Positions 1 through 10,164 of a DNA stretch of 64,000 bases are shown in pieces; positions within the stretch are counted from its first letter, which is position 1, and every line of letters starts with the position of its first letter. The DNA is taken from assembly GCA_001822065.1 (NCBI GenBank), contig MHPJ01000015.1:7186-71185 (forward strand). The letters are read 5' to 3'. This DNA is from Candidatus Staskawiczbacteria bacterium RIFOXYB1_FULL_37_44 (lineage in GTDB: Bacteria; Patescibacteriota; Minisyncoccia; Minisyncoccales; Staskawiczbacteraceae). The notes under the pieces are model-generated. The model did not search any database and was not told where the DNA came from. It saw only the letters and a program-made list of their open reading frames with translations. The translations under genes were made by a program, and so were the position numbers.

Positions 1-5
1 AAAAT

Positions 6-1697
6 ATGGAAAGCCAAATTAAAATTTGCCAAAATTGCAAAAAGGACTTTGTAATCGAGCCCGATGATTTTGCATTTTATGAAAAAATGAAAGTGCCCCC
101 GCCAACCTGGTGCCCGGAGTGCAGAATGCAAAGAAGATTTACTTGGCGAAACGAATGGAAGTTGTTTAGAAAAAAAGATGTTCATGGTAAAGAAATTTTT
201 TCTAATTTTCATGAAGATTCTGCGGTTAAAATAATGGAAGTGGCAGAATGGTATTCTGATTCTTGGAATCCAATGCAATATGGCCGCGAGTATGATTTTT
301 CAAAACCATTTTTTGAACAGTTTAAAGAAATAATGTGCCAAGTTCCCATTATGTCTAGATCGGTCTCTAGGCCGGTAAATAGTGATTACTGTTCTAATGC
401 TTCACAGCCCAAAGACTGTTATCTTACATTTGGTTTATCGTATGTAGAAAATTCTGCATATTCTATTTGGGGTGCCAATTCCAAAGACATTTTTGATTGC
501 CATATTTATAGCGAATCAGAGCTTTGTTATGATTGCGTTAATATTACAAAGTGCTATAAAACTTTATATTCTATAGACTGCGAAGGATGCAATGATGTGA
601 TGTTTTGCAAAAATTGCGTTGGATGCAATAATTGTTTTGGATGTATAAATTTAAAAAATAAATCTTATTATATTTTTAATGAAGCATATTCTAAAGAAGA
701 TTATATAAAAAAATTAAAAGAGTTTGGCATAACTTCAAGAATTAATATTGAAGCTCTGCGAGAAAAAAGCATTAAGCATTGGATGCAGTTTCCAAATAAA
801 TTTATTCATGGCAGGCACAATGCCAATGTTTCGGGAGATTATATTTCTAATTCCAAAGATGCCAGAAATTGCTGGCGAATTATTGGAGCCGAGAATGTTA
901 AATATTGTCAAAATTTTACCATGGGTCCTGCAAAAGATTCATATGACCACAGCAACTTTGGAGATGGAACTGAACTAATTTATGAATCGCTTATTGTGGG
1001 TGATGGTGCTTATAATGTGGCGTTTTCATGCCAGTGCTATGTTTCTGTTGCTAACTTGCAATACTGCTTTTACTGCAACAATTCTTCACATTTGTTTGGG
1101 TGCATCAGTTTACATAATAAACAATATTGCATTTTAAATAAGCAATATACAAAAGAAGAGTATGAGGCGCTGGTTCCAAAAATTATTGAGCATATGAAAT
1201 CAACCGGCGAGTATGGAGAATTTTTCCCGGCAGAGATGAGTCCGTTATCATATAATGAATCGTTTGCTGGCGAGATTTTTCCGCTCACAAAAGAAGAAGT
1301 TGAAAAACGCGGGCTTGTTTGGCGAGAACCAAAAGAAAAACAATTTAATGCGACAATGTCCAGCAATGATGTGCCAGATGACATTGCAAATGTTGACGAA
1401 AGCATTACTAAAGAAGTTATCAGTTGCGCCCACGGAGCAAAATGCAAGCATGAGTGCGCGGGCGTGTTTAAGATTACGCAACAAGAACTTCGTTTTTATA
1501 AGTTGCTTAATATTCCTTTGCCTCGCATATGCCAAAACTGCCGGCATTATGCGCGATTTGCCTGGCGCAATCCAGCCAAACTCTGGCATAGGAAATGCAT
1601 GAAACCCGGGTGCACTAATGAATTTGAGACCAGTTATGCTCCAGACCGCCCAGAAATTATTTACTGCGAGCAGTGTTACAATGCCGAAGTGGCGTAG
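6..1697 (+). CDS. Cys-rich putative zinc-binding protein (CPR-type; CxxC ribbons at both ends, central CxxCxxC repeats)
   Basis: 563 aa; CQNC...CPEC N-terminus, CxxCxxCFGC repeats, C-terminal CMKPGC...CEQC. Confidence 0.75.
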   Translation: MESQIKICQNCKKDFVIEPDDFAFYEKMKVPPPTWCPECRMQRRFTWRNEWKLFRKKDVHGKEIFSNFHEDSAVKIMEVAEWYSDSWNPMQYGREYDFSKPFFEQFKEIMCQVPIMSRSVSRPVNSDYCSNASQPKDCYLTFGLSYVENSAYSIWGANSKDIFDCHIYSESELCYDCVNITKCYKTLYSIDCEGCNDVMFCKNCVGCNNCFGCINLKNKSYYIFNEAYSKEDYIKKLKEFGITSRINIEALREKSIKHWMQFPNKFIHGRHNANVSGDYISNSKDARNCWRIIGAENVKYCQNFTMGPAKDSYDHSNFGDGTELIYESLIVGDGAYNVAFSCQCYVSVANLQYCFYCNNSSHLFGCISLHNKQYCILNKQYTKEEYEALVPKIIEHMKSTGEYGEFFPAEMSPLSYNESFAGEIFPLTKEEVEKRGLVWREPKEKQFNATMSSNDVPDDIANVDESITKEVISCAHGAKCKHECAGVFKITQQELRFYKLLNIPLPRICQNCRHYARFAWRNPAKLWHRKCMKPGCTNEFETSYAPDRPEIIYCEQCYNAEVA

Positions 1698-1726
1698 TTG
1701 GTAAAAATATTCTATAATAATTTAAT

Positions 1727-2812
1727 ATGAAAACTTTAAAAGATTTTAGTGTGGCGGATAAGCGCGTTTTAGTGCGGTGTGATTTTAACGTGCCGTTGGA
1801 TGAAAAAGGAAATATTTTAGACGATTTTAGAATTCAAAAAACCTTGCCGACAATAAAATATTTAATTGAGCATAAAGCAAAAATTATTTTAATGAGCCAT
1901 TTGGATCCTAAAAGCACGGGCGTGGCTGATAAAAAATATAATTTAAATAATGTGGCGCAAAGATTGGGCGACCTTCTAAATATGACGATAGAAAAAGAAG
2001 ATGATTGCACGGGGCCAGATGCGGAAAGCGAGTCAAATAAACTGGAAACTGGAAAAATTTTATTGCTGGAAAATTTAAGATTTCATAAGGAAGAAACCCT
2101 TCAACCTGGTTCAGGGCAGGCAGAAAACGATTTGGATTTTGCAAAAAAACTTTCGTATTTGGGAGATATTTATGTAAACGAAGCTTTTTCAGTTTGCCAC
2201 AGAAGTAACGCGTCGGTTAGCCTTGTGCCGCAATTTTTACCAAGCTGCGCGGGATTATTGCTGGAAAAAGAAATTGAAGTTTTAGAAAAGATTTTAGGAA
2301 AATCCCTGCCTGCCGGCAGGCAGGCCGAAAAGCCGATGGTTGCTATTATTGGCGGGAAAAAAGTTGAAACAAAATCAAAATTTATTGATAAAATTTCAGA
2401 GGTGGCGGATTTTGTTTTAATTAGCGGGCTTCTTGCAAAAGAAGTTGTAGAAAAAAACATTAAATTTAAATATCCAGAAAAAATTATATCGCCGGCCGGC
2501 CAGCTTGATTCATTGGATATTAATGAAGAGTCTGTAAAATTATTTCAGGCAAAAATTGCAACGGCAAAAACAATTTTATGGAATGGGCCTTTTGGAAAGT
2601 TTGAGGATGAAAAATACGCAAAAGGAACTTTGGCAATTGCAGAAGCAATAATTAAAAGCAACGCATTTTCTGTTGTCGGGGGAGGCGAAACTGTTGAATT
2701 TTTACAAAAACAAAGTATGATGGACAAGTTCAGCCATGTGTCAACCGGAGGCGGAGCAATGCTGGCATATTTATCGGGAGAAGAATTGCCGGGAATAGAG
2801 GTCTTGAAATAA
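1727..2812 (+). CDS. pgk: Phosphoglycerate kinase
   Basis: VLVRCDFNVP, LLENLRFH, WNGPFGKFE, GGGET, HVSTGGGA motifs. Confidence 0.97.
   Translation: MKTLKDFSVADKRVLVRCDFNVPLDEKGNILDDFRIQKTLPTIKYLIEHKAKIILMSHLDPKSTGVADKKYNLNNVAQRLGDLLNMTIEKEDDCTGPDAESESNKLETGKILLLENLRFHKEETLQPGSGQAENDLDFAKKLSYLGDIYVNEAFSVCHRSNASVSLVPQFLPSCAGLLLEKEIEVLEKILGKSLPAGRQAEKPMVAIIGGKKVETKSKFIDKISEVADFVLISGLLAKEVVEKNIKFKYPEKIISPAGQLDSLDINEESVKLFQAKIATAKTILWNGPFGKFEDEKYAKGTLAIAEAIIKSNAFSVVGGGETVEFLQKQSMMDKFSHVSTGGGAMLAYLSGEELPGIEVLK
2097..2120 (+). repeat. 24-nt repeat (CCCTTC..TCAGGGCAGG) inserted in frame in pgk
   Basis: Related copies at 55516-55539 (miaB) and 60474-60497 (thrS). Confidence 0.75.
2305..2324. repeat. 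20-bp perfect palindrome CCTGCCTGCCGGCAGGCAGG within pgk
   Basis: Identical copy at 4404-4423. Confidence 0.85.
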
Positions 2813-2922
2813 TTTTATAATTTTTAATTTTGTAATTTTATAAATAATGTCTTAATTTTTTGAAATTGAAACATTTAAAAATTATTTAAAAATTAAAAAT
2901 TGGAAAAATTTAAAAATTCGCG

Positions 2923-4068
2923 ATGCAAAAGATAAAAAACATACAACTTGCGGCAGACAGGATAAGAAAAGCGGTCGCCAACAACGAGCGTATTATTTTG
3001 TATGGCGACTCTGATTTGGACGGAATATCTTCGGTTGTAATTTTGGAAGAAGCAATTAAAAGTTTGGGCGGACACATTGATGTTGCTTTTTTTCCGGACA
3101 GGGAAAAAGACGGCTATGGAATAAATTTACGGGCGCTTGAAATGTTAAAACAAAAAGCTCCGGCTCTTTTCATTACATTAGATTTGGGAATTGGAAATAT
3201 AAAAGAAGTTGAAATTGCGAATAAACTGGGTTTTGAGGTGATAATTGTTGACCATCACGAAACATTGTTTGGCATTCCCGCGGCTGCCATAATTGTCGAT
3301 CCAAAACAATTGGAAGATGATTATCCGTTTAAGGGTTTGGCAAATGTCGGAGTTACTTACAACCTTTGCATGGAATTATTGGGAAAAAATATTTCGCAAA
3401 ATTTAATGAACAGTTTTTTTGAGCTGGCAGCTTTGGGCACAATCGCGGATATGGTTCCGCAGGTTGAGCAAAACCAAGAAATAATTGAAAAAGGCTTAAG
3501 ATCGCTAAAAAATACTTTCCGCCCCGCGCTGAGGGCGTTTTTGGAAATTTTAGGAAACGGTGAAGTTTTTGAAGGTTCTTTGCCAAAAATAATTTCGGCT
3601 TTAAATGCTGCCGAATCATTAAATTTTGAAAACGAATCTTACGAGCTTTTAACAGGATCCGACAATAAAAAATGCAAAGAGCTTGCGGAAATGCTTTTAG
3701 GCAAAAATTTTAATAAACAGCTTCAAATTAAAAACATAGTAGAAGAAGTTGAACGGAGAATTTCTAAAAAATCGGAACAGGCAATTATTTTTGAGGGAGA
3801 TCCGGCATGGCACTTAACTTTGGCGGGGTCCGTTGCCTCAATAATGTGTTCAAAGTACAAAAAGCCGGTTTTTATTTTTAAAAAAATGGATGAAGAATCC
3901 TGCGGTTCGGTTAGAAATCCAAAAGGAACAAATTCGGTTGAGGCAATGAAGACCTGCGCCGATTTTTTAATAACTTACGGCGGGCACGCGCAGGCATCGG
4001 GGTTTCGCGTAAAAAATGAAAATTTAAAAAAATTGGAAAGCCGCCTCAATGACTTTTTCAAAAATTGA
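2923..4068 (+). CDS. recJ: RecJ-like DHH/DHHA1 single-stranded DNA exonuclease (short form)
   Basis: YGDSDLDG, DGYG, IIVDHH, LGTIAD, YGGHAQASG motifs. Confidence 0.85.
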   Translation: MQKIKNIQLAADRIRKAVANNERIILYGDSDLDGISSVVILEEAIKSLGGHIDVAFFPDREKDGYGINLRALEMLKQKAPALFITLDLGIGNIKEVEIANKLGFEVIIVDHHETLFGIPAAAIIVDPKQLEDDYPFKGLANVGVTYNLCMELLGKNISQNLMNSFFELAALGTIADMVPQVEQNQEIIEKGLRSLKNTFRPALRAFLEILGNGEVFEGSLPKIISALNAAESLNFENESYELLTGSDNKKCKELAEMLLGKNFNKQLQIKNIVEEVERRISKKSEQAIIFEGDPAWHLTLAGSVASIMCSKYKKPVFIFKKMDEESCGSVRNPKGTNSVEAMKTCADFLITYGGHAQASGFRVKNENLKKLESRLNDFFKN

Positions 4069-4099
4069 CAATAGTTTTTAAAAATGTTAATCTGAAATT

Positions 4100-4404
4100 G
4101 CCTTAGCAAGGCGGGTGATCGCTCCCGAAAGGGGGAGGAAAGTCCGAACACTTCCTTAAATTTTAAGGAGAAAGGTAGCGGGTAATTCCCGTCCACGGCA
4201 ACGTGCGAGGTGCGAACAGTGACGATACCCCCGCTTAGCGGGGGAGTGAAACGGCTAAATCCTTACCCAAGTGCAAGAACAAAGCCTATATCATTGTTTC
4301 ATCAGTGAAAAGGGTTAAAAGTAGTTCGCTTGACTCTGGCAGTAATGTCATGAGCAGACAGATGATCACATAATACAGAATTCGGCTTACAGCCTTGCTA
4401 AGGC
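4100..4404 (+). ncRNA. rnpB: RNase P RNA
   Basis: P1 gccttagcaaggc/gccttgctaaggc; conserved GAGGAAAGTCC and ACAGAAttcGGCTTAC. Confidence 0.95.
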
Positions 4405-4476
4405 CTGCCTGCCGGCAGGCAGGCAACAAAAAAATCGTCTCAAACTTGTTGAAGGACGATTTTTTTGTTAAGATTA

Positions 4477-4537
4477 ACCCAGTTAAATAGCCCTTTGGGC
4501 TAATTTTTTAAATTTTTTAAAAATTATTTAACTGGGT
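4477..4537. repeat. MITE-like element with 13-bp terminal inverted repeats (acccagttaaata...tatttaactgggt)
   Basis: Related element at 48677-48736. Confidence 0.6.
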
Positions 4538-4547
4538 AAACATTATT

Positions 4548-6194
4548 ATGCGTCGCAACTTTCTTAATTCGCAAACAAAAAGCATCAGTTCTGCTTCCTT
4601 AATCCTGGCGGTTTCCTATTTGGCAAGCGCTGTTTTAGGTTTACTGAGAGACCATTTGCTGGCAGGGACTTTTGGAGCCGGAAACGAACTGGACATTTAT
4701 TATTCGGCATTTACTGTTCCGGATTTTATTGCTTTAATTTTAATTTTTGGAGCAATTTCGGCGGCCGTGATTCCAATTTTTAGCGGATATTTATTAAAGG
4801 ACAAAGAGGAGGCGTGGAAATATGTTGCAACTTTGTTAAATGTTTTTCTTGGATTTTTAATTATTATTTGCGTAATTTTAATAATTTTTGCGCCGGCGAT
4901 TGTTTCCATAACAGCACCCGGTTTTTTGGGCCACAAAAAAGATTTGGCGGTTATGCTAATGCGCATTATGTTTTTAAGCCCGATAATTTTGGGGGCTTCA
5001 AATTTAATAAGCGGAATTTTGCAAGTTTTCCACAGGTTTTTGGTAACAGCTTTAGCTCCTTTGCTTTATAATTTGGGAATAATTATCGGCATTGTTTTCT
5101 TTGTGCCAAAATTCGGTTTGGTCGGGCTTGCCTTTGGAGTGGTGCTTGGAGGCGTTTTGCATTTGACAATCCAGCTGCCATCATTTTTACATTCGGGATT
5201 TAAATATCGGTTAAATTTTAATTTTAGAGATCCCGGAATTGTAAAAACAATAAAACTTATGGCGCCCAGGTCTCTTGGTTTGGGAGCGGGACAATTAAAC
5301 ACAATTGCCACCACAGCCATTGCTTCCACTTTAATGGCCGGATCTATCGCGGTTTTTAATTTGGCAAATAATTTGTCGTTAATTTTTATCAATGCAATTG
5401 CCGTTTCTGTTACCACCGCCGCTTTTCCTTCAATGTCTATGGCTTTTTTAAAAAATGAAGGCGATGAATTTTTAAATAAATTTTCCAGCATTTTTAGGCA
5501 GATGATTTTTATAACAACTCCTTTGGCTTTACTAATTTTAATTTTGCGCGCGCAAATTGTAAGGGTTGTTCTGGGAGCAGGCCGTTTTGGCTGGGCCGAC
5601 ACAAAACTAACCACTGCTTGCCTTGGAATATTAGCTTTTAATTTGATCGCGCCTCAGCTGATTTTGTTTTTATCTAAAACTTTTTACGCCGCCCACAACA
5701 CAAAAATTCCGGCAATAATCAGCGGAGCAACAGTTGTTTTTAATATTTGCCTAAGTTTATTTTTGGTGTGGTTCATAAAAGTTTCACCCGGATTTTATAT
5801 ATTTTTGCAAAACTTTTTACGGTTGGGAGGAGCCCAAAATGTTGGAGTTATCGGTCTGGCGTTGTCATATTCAATTTCAGGAATTTTACAAACTTCTTTG
5901 CTATTGTTTATGTTTTATAAAAAATTTCCAAATTTAAAAATAAAAGAAATTTTAAATTCTTTATACAAAGTTTTGATTGCCAGCGCAATAATGTTTACCG
6001 TAACTTTTATTGCAAGGCAAATTTTAGGTTCGGTTGCAAACTTACAGACCTTCTGGGGCGTATTTTTCCAGCTTGTAATTTCTGGCATAATCGGCGTTGC
6101 CACTTACGCCCTTGCCACACACCTATTAAAATCCCCGGAAAACAAAACTATTATTGATTCGTTGTTGAAAAAGTTTGTCTACTCGGCAAAATAA
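4548..6194 (+). CDS. murJ: Lipid II flippase MurJ (MviN)
   Basis: LGLLRD...FGAG..LDIYYSAFTVPD N-terminus; multi-TM; FYAAHNTKIP. Confidence 0.93.
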   Translation: MRRNFLNSQTKSISSASLILAVSYLASAVLGLLRDHLLAGTFGAGNELDIYYSAFTVPDFIALILIFGAISAAVIPIFSGYLLKDKEEAWKYVATLLNVFLGFLIIICVILIIFAPAIVSITAPGFLGHKKDLAVMLMRIMFLSPIILGASNLISGILQVFHRFLVTALAPLLYNLGIIIGIVFFVPKFGLVGLAFGVVLGGVLHLTIQLPSFLHSGFKYRLNFNFRDPGIVKTIKLMAPRSLGLGAGQLNTIATTAIASTLMAGSIAVFNLANNLSLIFINAIAVSVTTAAFPSMSMAFLKNEGDEFLNKFSSIFRQMIFITTPLALLILILRAQIVRVVLGAGRFGWADTKLTTACLGILAFNLIAPQLILFLSKTFYAAHNTKIPAIISGATVVFNICLSLFLVWFIKVSPGFYIFLQNFLRLGGAQNVGVIGLALSYSISGILQTSLLLFMFYKKFPNLKIKEILNSLYKVLIASAIMFTVTFIARQILGSVANLQTFWGVFFQLVISGIIGVATYALATHLLKSPENKTIIDSLLKKFVYSAK

Positions 6195-6240
6195 AATGCA
6201 AGAGCAGTAATTCGCTCAAACACGTCTGAGCGAATATTAA

Positions 6241-6302
6241 CCAGCCCAAAAAGGCTGTTTTTTCTTTGACTACTTTATGCTAAAATTATATGATTAGTTA
6301 AT
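6241..6302 (+). promoter_or_regulatory. Terminator hairpin plus sigma70 promoter module (TTGACT-17-TATGAT), copy 1
   Basis: Near-identical to 8811-8871; lies directly before the MTase ATG. Confidence 0.7.
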
Positions 6303-7778
6303 ATGCTGGGCGCAATAAAAATAAAATCAAGTGTAAAAAATCAAGGGAGAATCTATACTCCTAATTTTATAGTAAAGAACATACTTGATTTGTCGGGCTA
6401 TCAGAATGATATTTTAAAAAAGAATATAATTGATAATAGCTGTGGAGACGGAGCATTTTTGCAGGAAGTGGTAAATAGATATTGCGAATCATTTTTGGTT
6501 CAAAATAAAAATTTGGAAGAATTGAGAGAGCAGTTACAAAAATATATACATGGTATTGAGATTGAAGAAAAAGAGGCTGAAAAATGCATTCAGAATTTAA
6601 GCAGCGAAGTCCAAAAATTTGGGATTTATGATGTAAAATGGGATATTATTTGTGCAGATACATTAGATGTCAAAATTTTCGATGGTAAAATAGATTTTGT
6701 TGTAGGGAATCCTCCATATGTAAGAGTGCATAATTTAGCTGAAAGTTATAACAAGGTTAAACAATTTTCTTTTAGTCAAAATGGAATGACGGATTTGTAC
6801 ATTGTCTTTTTTGAAATAGGATTTAGAATGATAAACAAGACGGGAAAAATGTGCACGATAACTCCAAGTTCCTGTCTTAGAAGTAAGGCCGGAGATAATT
6901 TCAGAAAATTTATTTTTCAGGAAAGAAATTTAAAAGCAATTGTTGACCTCGGCCATTTTCAGCCGTTCGAAGCCACGACATATACAATGATAACTTTGTT
7001 TGAAAACGGTAGTAAAAATAATTCAATAGAATATTACGATTATAATGAAGAAGGAAAAAATCCAGGCGAGAAAGAGTTACTATCTTATTCAGATATTTTT
7101 GTAAATGGAAAGATACATATTTCAAAAAAACACAGCCTATCGTTACTACATAATTTGGAGAATTATAATAATAGCGTTTCAAATAATATTTCGGTAAAGA
7201 ATGGTTTTGCGACTCTTGCGGACAGTGTGTTCATTGGAGATAAAAACTTCAAAGGATTAACAATTGATATTCTCAAGGCATCTACTAATAAATGGTATAA
7301 GTGTATTTTTCCATATGATTTAGGTGGGAAGCCATTAAATATTTTAAATATAAAGAAGCATTCTGATGTTTATGATTATCTTTTAAGTCAAAAAGATTTA
7401 TTAGAGCAAAGAAGTCTTGCTTCAAAAGATGGGTGGTATCTATTTGGCAGAACTCAAGCCATAAAAGATGTATTCAAAAATAAAATTGCAGTAAATAGTA
7501 TTGTAAAAGACAAAAATAGTATTAAGATTGAGCAAGTTCCAGCTGGGGCAGGAGTTTATAGCGGACTATATATTCTTTCAGATTTTTCTTTAAAAGAAAT
7601 AAAAGAAGTGCTGATAAATGATGAGTTTATAGAGTACCTAAAATTATTGAAAAACTATAAAAGTGGGGGGTATTATACTTTTTCTTCATCTGATTTACAA
7701 AAATTTTTAACCTATAAATTAAGAAAAAATAATCATGAACAATCAACAATTTTTACAAACAATAGGTGCTTCGCTTAG
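6303..7778 (+). CDS. Type II N6-adenine DNA methyltransferase (gamma class, Eco57I/TaqI-like)
   Basis: GRIYTP, DNSCGDGAFL (motif I) before VGNPPY (motif IV). Confidence 0.9.
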   Translation: MLGAIKIKSSVKNQGRIYTPNFIVKNILDLSGYQNDILKKNIIDNSCGDGAFLQEVVNRYCESFLVQNKNLEELREQLQKYIHGIEIEEKEAEKCIQNLSSEVQKFGIYDVKWDIICADTLDVKIFDGKIDFVVGNPPYVRVHNLAESYNKVKQFSFSQNGMTDLYIVFFEIGFRMINKTGKMCTITPSSCLRSKAGDNFRKFIFQERNLKAIVDLGHFQPFEATTYTMITLFENGSKNNSIEYYDYNEEGKNPGEKELLSYSDIFVNGKIHISKKHSLSLLHNLENYNNSVSNNISVKNGFATLADSVFIGDKNFKGLTIDILKASTNKWYKCIFPYDLGGKPLNILNIKKHSDVYDYLLSQKDLLEQRSLASKDGWYLFGRTQAIKDVFKNKIAVNSIVKDKNSIKIEQVPAGAGVYSGLYILSDFSLKEIKEVLINDEFIEYLKLLKNYKSGGYYTFSSSDLQKFLTYKLRKNNHEQSTIFTNNRCFA

Positions 7779-8445
7779 GAGGTTTTTGCAGACTCATTCA
7801 AGAAGTAACGAAAAGCTAAAAGTGCTTCATGCAAAAATAGCCGAGGATATTCAGAGCAGATTAGGTAATTCCTATATGATAAAATCTCTTGGCACAGGTG
7901 ATGGGAAAGAGGGCGAAATGATTGGACGTTACATCGACAAAACTGTCGATATTATAATTTCTAAAGATGGGAAAAATCTTGCTGGAATTGGAGTGAAGTT
8001 TGTGATGAATAATTATTCGCAAAATTCTAATAACTATTTTGAAAATATGCTAGGCGAAACAGCCAATATAAGAGCCAACAAAGGAAAGTATTTTCAGGTT
8101 TTTGTATTGCCAGAAGAAATGCCATATTACGACAACACCGGAAAAATACAGAAATGGGAAAAAGTTACAGTCCATAATATTAAAAAATATATCGCGCTTT
8201 CGAATGACAATACGGACACATATTTACACACCCCCATTAAAACCCTATTATTTATTGTTAAATTCCCAGCTTGTGACCTAAAACTTATAAAAACAAGAGA
8301 AAAATATAAAAAATGTTATTTGAAAAACAAAAATATAGAAATACAAACGTCAAATGTTATCTCGGGTAATTTTGGTGATGCAATAATTCTCAACGATTAT
8401 AATAGTTTCGCGGAGAAAGTGGTTTACAATATAAAAAGTATATAA
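7735..8445 (+). CDS. Putative type II restriction endonuclease (PD-(D/E)xK-like)
   Basis: Overlaps the MTase; KTVDI..GVKF and NYSQNSNNYFENMLGE; assignment rests mainly on context. Confidence 0.65.
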   Translation: MNNQQFLQTIGASLRRFLQTHSRSNEKLKVLHAKIAEDIQSRLGNSYMIKSLGTGDGKEGEMIGRYIDKTVDIIISKDGKNLAGIGVKFVMNNYSQNSNNYFENMLGETANIRANKGKYFQVFVLPEEMPYYDNTGKIQKWEKVTVHNIKKYIALSNDNTDTYLHTPIKTLLFIVKFPACDLKLIKTREKYKKCYLKNKNIEIQTSNVISGNFGDAIILNDYNSFAEKVVYNIKSI

Positions 8446-8468
8446 AAATTAATTGAGAAATAAAAATT

Positions 8469-8771
8469 ATGGATTATTTAACAATAATACTCATTTTTAT
8501 AATTACGGGGTTGGGGGTGTGGATTTGGCAACTTTTGAGAGTCAGGGTAAGGCCGGGAATTATTGAAAAACAGGCAGAGAAGATGGCGACAAATAGGCAG
8601 GAAGTTTTAAAATTTTTGGAAAATGTGGAAAGAATTAGAAATAATGATGTTGAAAAATTACTGAAAGTTTCCAACGCCACAGCAGAAAGATATTTGGCCG
8701 AACTGGAAAAAGAAGGAGTTTTAAAGCAGGTGGGAGATATTGGGCAGGGAGTGTATTATGTAAAAATATAG
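8469..8771 (+). CDS. Membrane-anchored winged-HTH (DeoR-type) protein
   Basis: N-terminal TM; IRNNDVEKLLKVSNATAERYLAELEKEG. Confidence 0.75.
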   Translation: MDYLTIILIFIITGLGVWIWQLLRVRVRPGIIEKQAEKMATNRQEVLKFLENVERIRNNDVEKLLKVSNATAERYLAELEKEGVLKQVGDIGQGVYYVKI

Positions 8772-8810
8772 CAAAGCATAAATAGCTCACCGCGACGAGT
8801 TATTCTGACC

Positions 8811-8871
8811 CCAGCCCCAAAGGCTGTTTTTGTTTTGACTAGTTTATGTTAAAATTATATGATTAGTTAAT
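8811..8871 (+). promoter_or_regulatory. Terminator hairpin plus promoter module, copy 2
   Basis: Near-identical to 6241-6302. Confidence 0.7.
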
Positions 8872-8877
8872 AAAAAT

Positions 8878-10164
8878 ATGAAAACAAATCATAAAATTGT
8901 AATCGGCGACTCACGGAGTATGATGGAATTGCGTGACAAGTCAGTCCATTTAATTGTTACATCGCCTCCTTATTGGCAATTAAAAGATTATGGAACGGAT
9001 ACGCAAATTGGTTTCAATGACAGCTATGAAGATTATATTAATAATTTAAATTTAGTTTGGAATGGATGCCATCGAGTCTTGGAAAATGGATGTCGATTGT
9101 GTATAAACATAGGAGATCAATTTGCCCGTGCTGTCTATTATGGTCGTTATAAAGTAATCCCGATAAGGACAGAAATAATAAAATTTTGTGAAATAATCGG
9201 GTTTGACTACATGGGGTCTATTATCTGGCAAAAGACAACGACGATGAACACAACCGGAGGGGCAACTATTATGGGCAGTTTTCCATATCCCAGGAATGGA
9301 ATTTTAAAATTAGATTATGAGTTTATTTTGATATTTAAAAAACAAGGTCAATCCCCGAAAATTGATAGGGAGATAAAAGAAAAATCTAAATTAACCAAAG
9401 AAGAGTGGAACGAATATTTTCAAGGGCACTGGAATTTTTCAGGAGCAAGGCAGGACGGGCATATCGCCATGTTTCCAGAAGAATTGCCGAAAAGACTCAT
9501 CAAAATGTTTTCTTTTGTCGGAGACACTGTTTTGGATCCATTTTTAGGAAGTGGCACGACATCTTTGGCTGCGAAAAATCTTGAGCGAAATTCAGTCGGA
9601 TATGAAATCAACTCAAATTTTATATCAAACATAAAAAATAAAGTTGAAACAAACTCCGCGAACGCTATTTTTACATATGCAAAACAAGATTCTAAAAAAT
9701 ATAATTTTTCTGAAATGGTTAAAAATCAGGCATATTTATTTAAGGATCCGCATAAATTAGATAAGAAAATAGATATAAAAAAATTGCAATTTGGTTCGAA
9801 AATAGATGATAGCGCAACACGGGCGAATGAAATTTTTTATACAGTCAAAGAAATTCTTGGTCCTGAAAAAATAAAATTAAACAACGATCTAATTGTTCGA
9901 CTGTTGGGCGTCAAACCTAATCCAGAAATAAATGAAATCGCGATCGATTTTTTGACAAATAAAATAAAGGGGCAAAAAGTATTTATGAGATTTGATGATT
10001 TAAAATACGATAACCAAAATAATCTTTTATGCTATTTATATTTACAAAATAAAACTTTTATAAACGCTCATCTAATAAAAGGTGGGTATGCATTAGTTAA
10101 TAATGAAATGGATTACAAATACAAAGAAAAATTTAATAATTTATTAATAACCTATGGCAAATAA
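8878..10164 (+). CDS. Beta-class N4-C/N6-A DNA methyltransferase with C-terminal SNase (thermonuclease)-like domain
   Basis: VTSPPY before DPFLGSGTT; tail VRLLGV...KYD...LLCYLYL..KTFINAHLIKGGYA. Confidence 0.85.
   Translation: MKTNHKIVIGDSRSMMELRDKSVHLIVTSPPYWQLKDYGTDTQIGFNDSYEDYINNLNLVWNGCHRVLENGCRLCINIGDQFARAVYYGRYKVIPIRTEIIKFCEIIGFDYMGSIIWQKTTTMNTTGGATIMGSFPYPRNGILKLDYEFILIFKKQGQSPKIDREIKEKSKLTKEEWNEYFQGHWNFSGARQDGHIAMFPEELPKRLIKMFSFVGDTVLDPFLGSGTTSLAAKNLERNSVGYEINSNFISNIKNKVETNSANAIFTYAKQDSKKYNFSEMVKNQAYLFKDPHKLDKKIDIKKLQFGSKIDDSATRANEIFYTVKEILGPEKIKLNNDLIVRLLGVKPNPEINEIAIDFLTNKIKGQKVFMRFDDLKYDNQNNLLCYLYLQNKTFINAHLIKGGYALVNNEMDYKYKEKFNNLLITYGK

Noticed and set aside
3975..4196. Minus-strand ORF over rnpB (likewise 15008-15298 and 16235-16420 over the tRNAs/intron)
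   Set aside because: Explained by the RNA genes.
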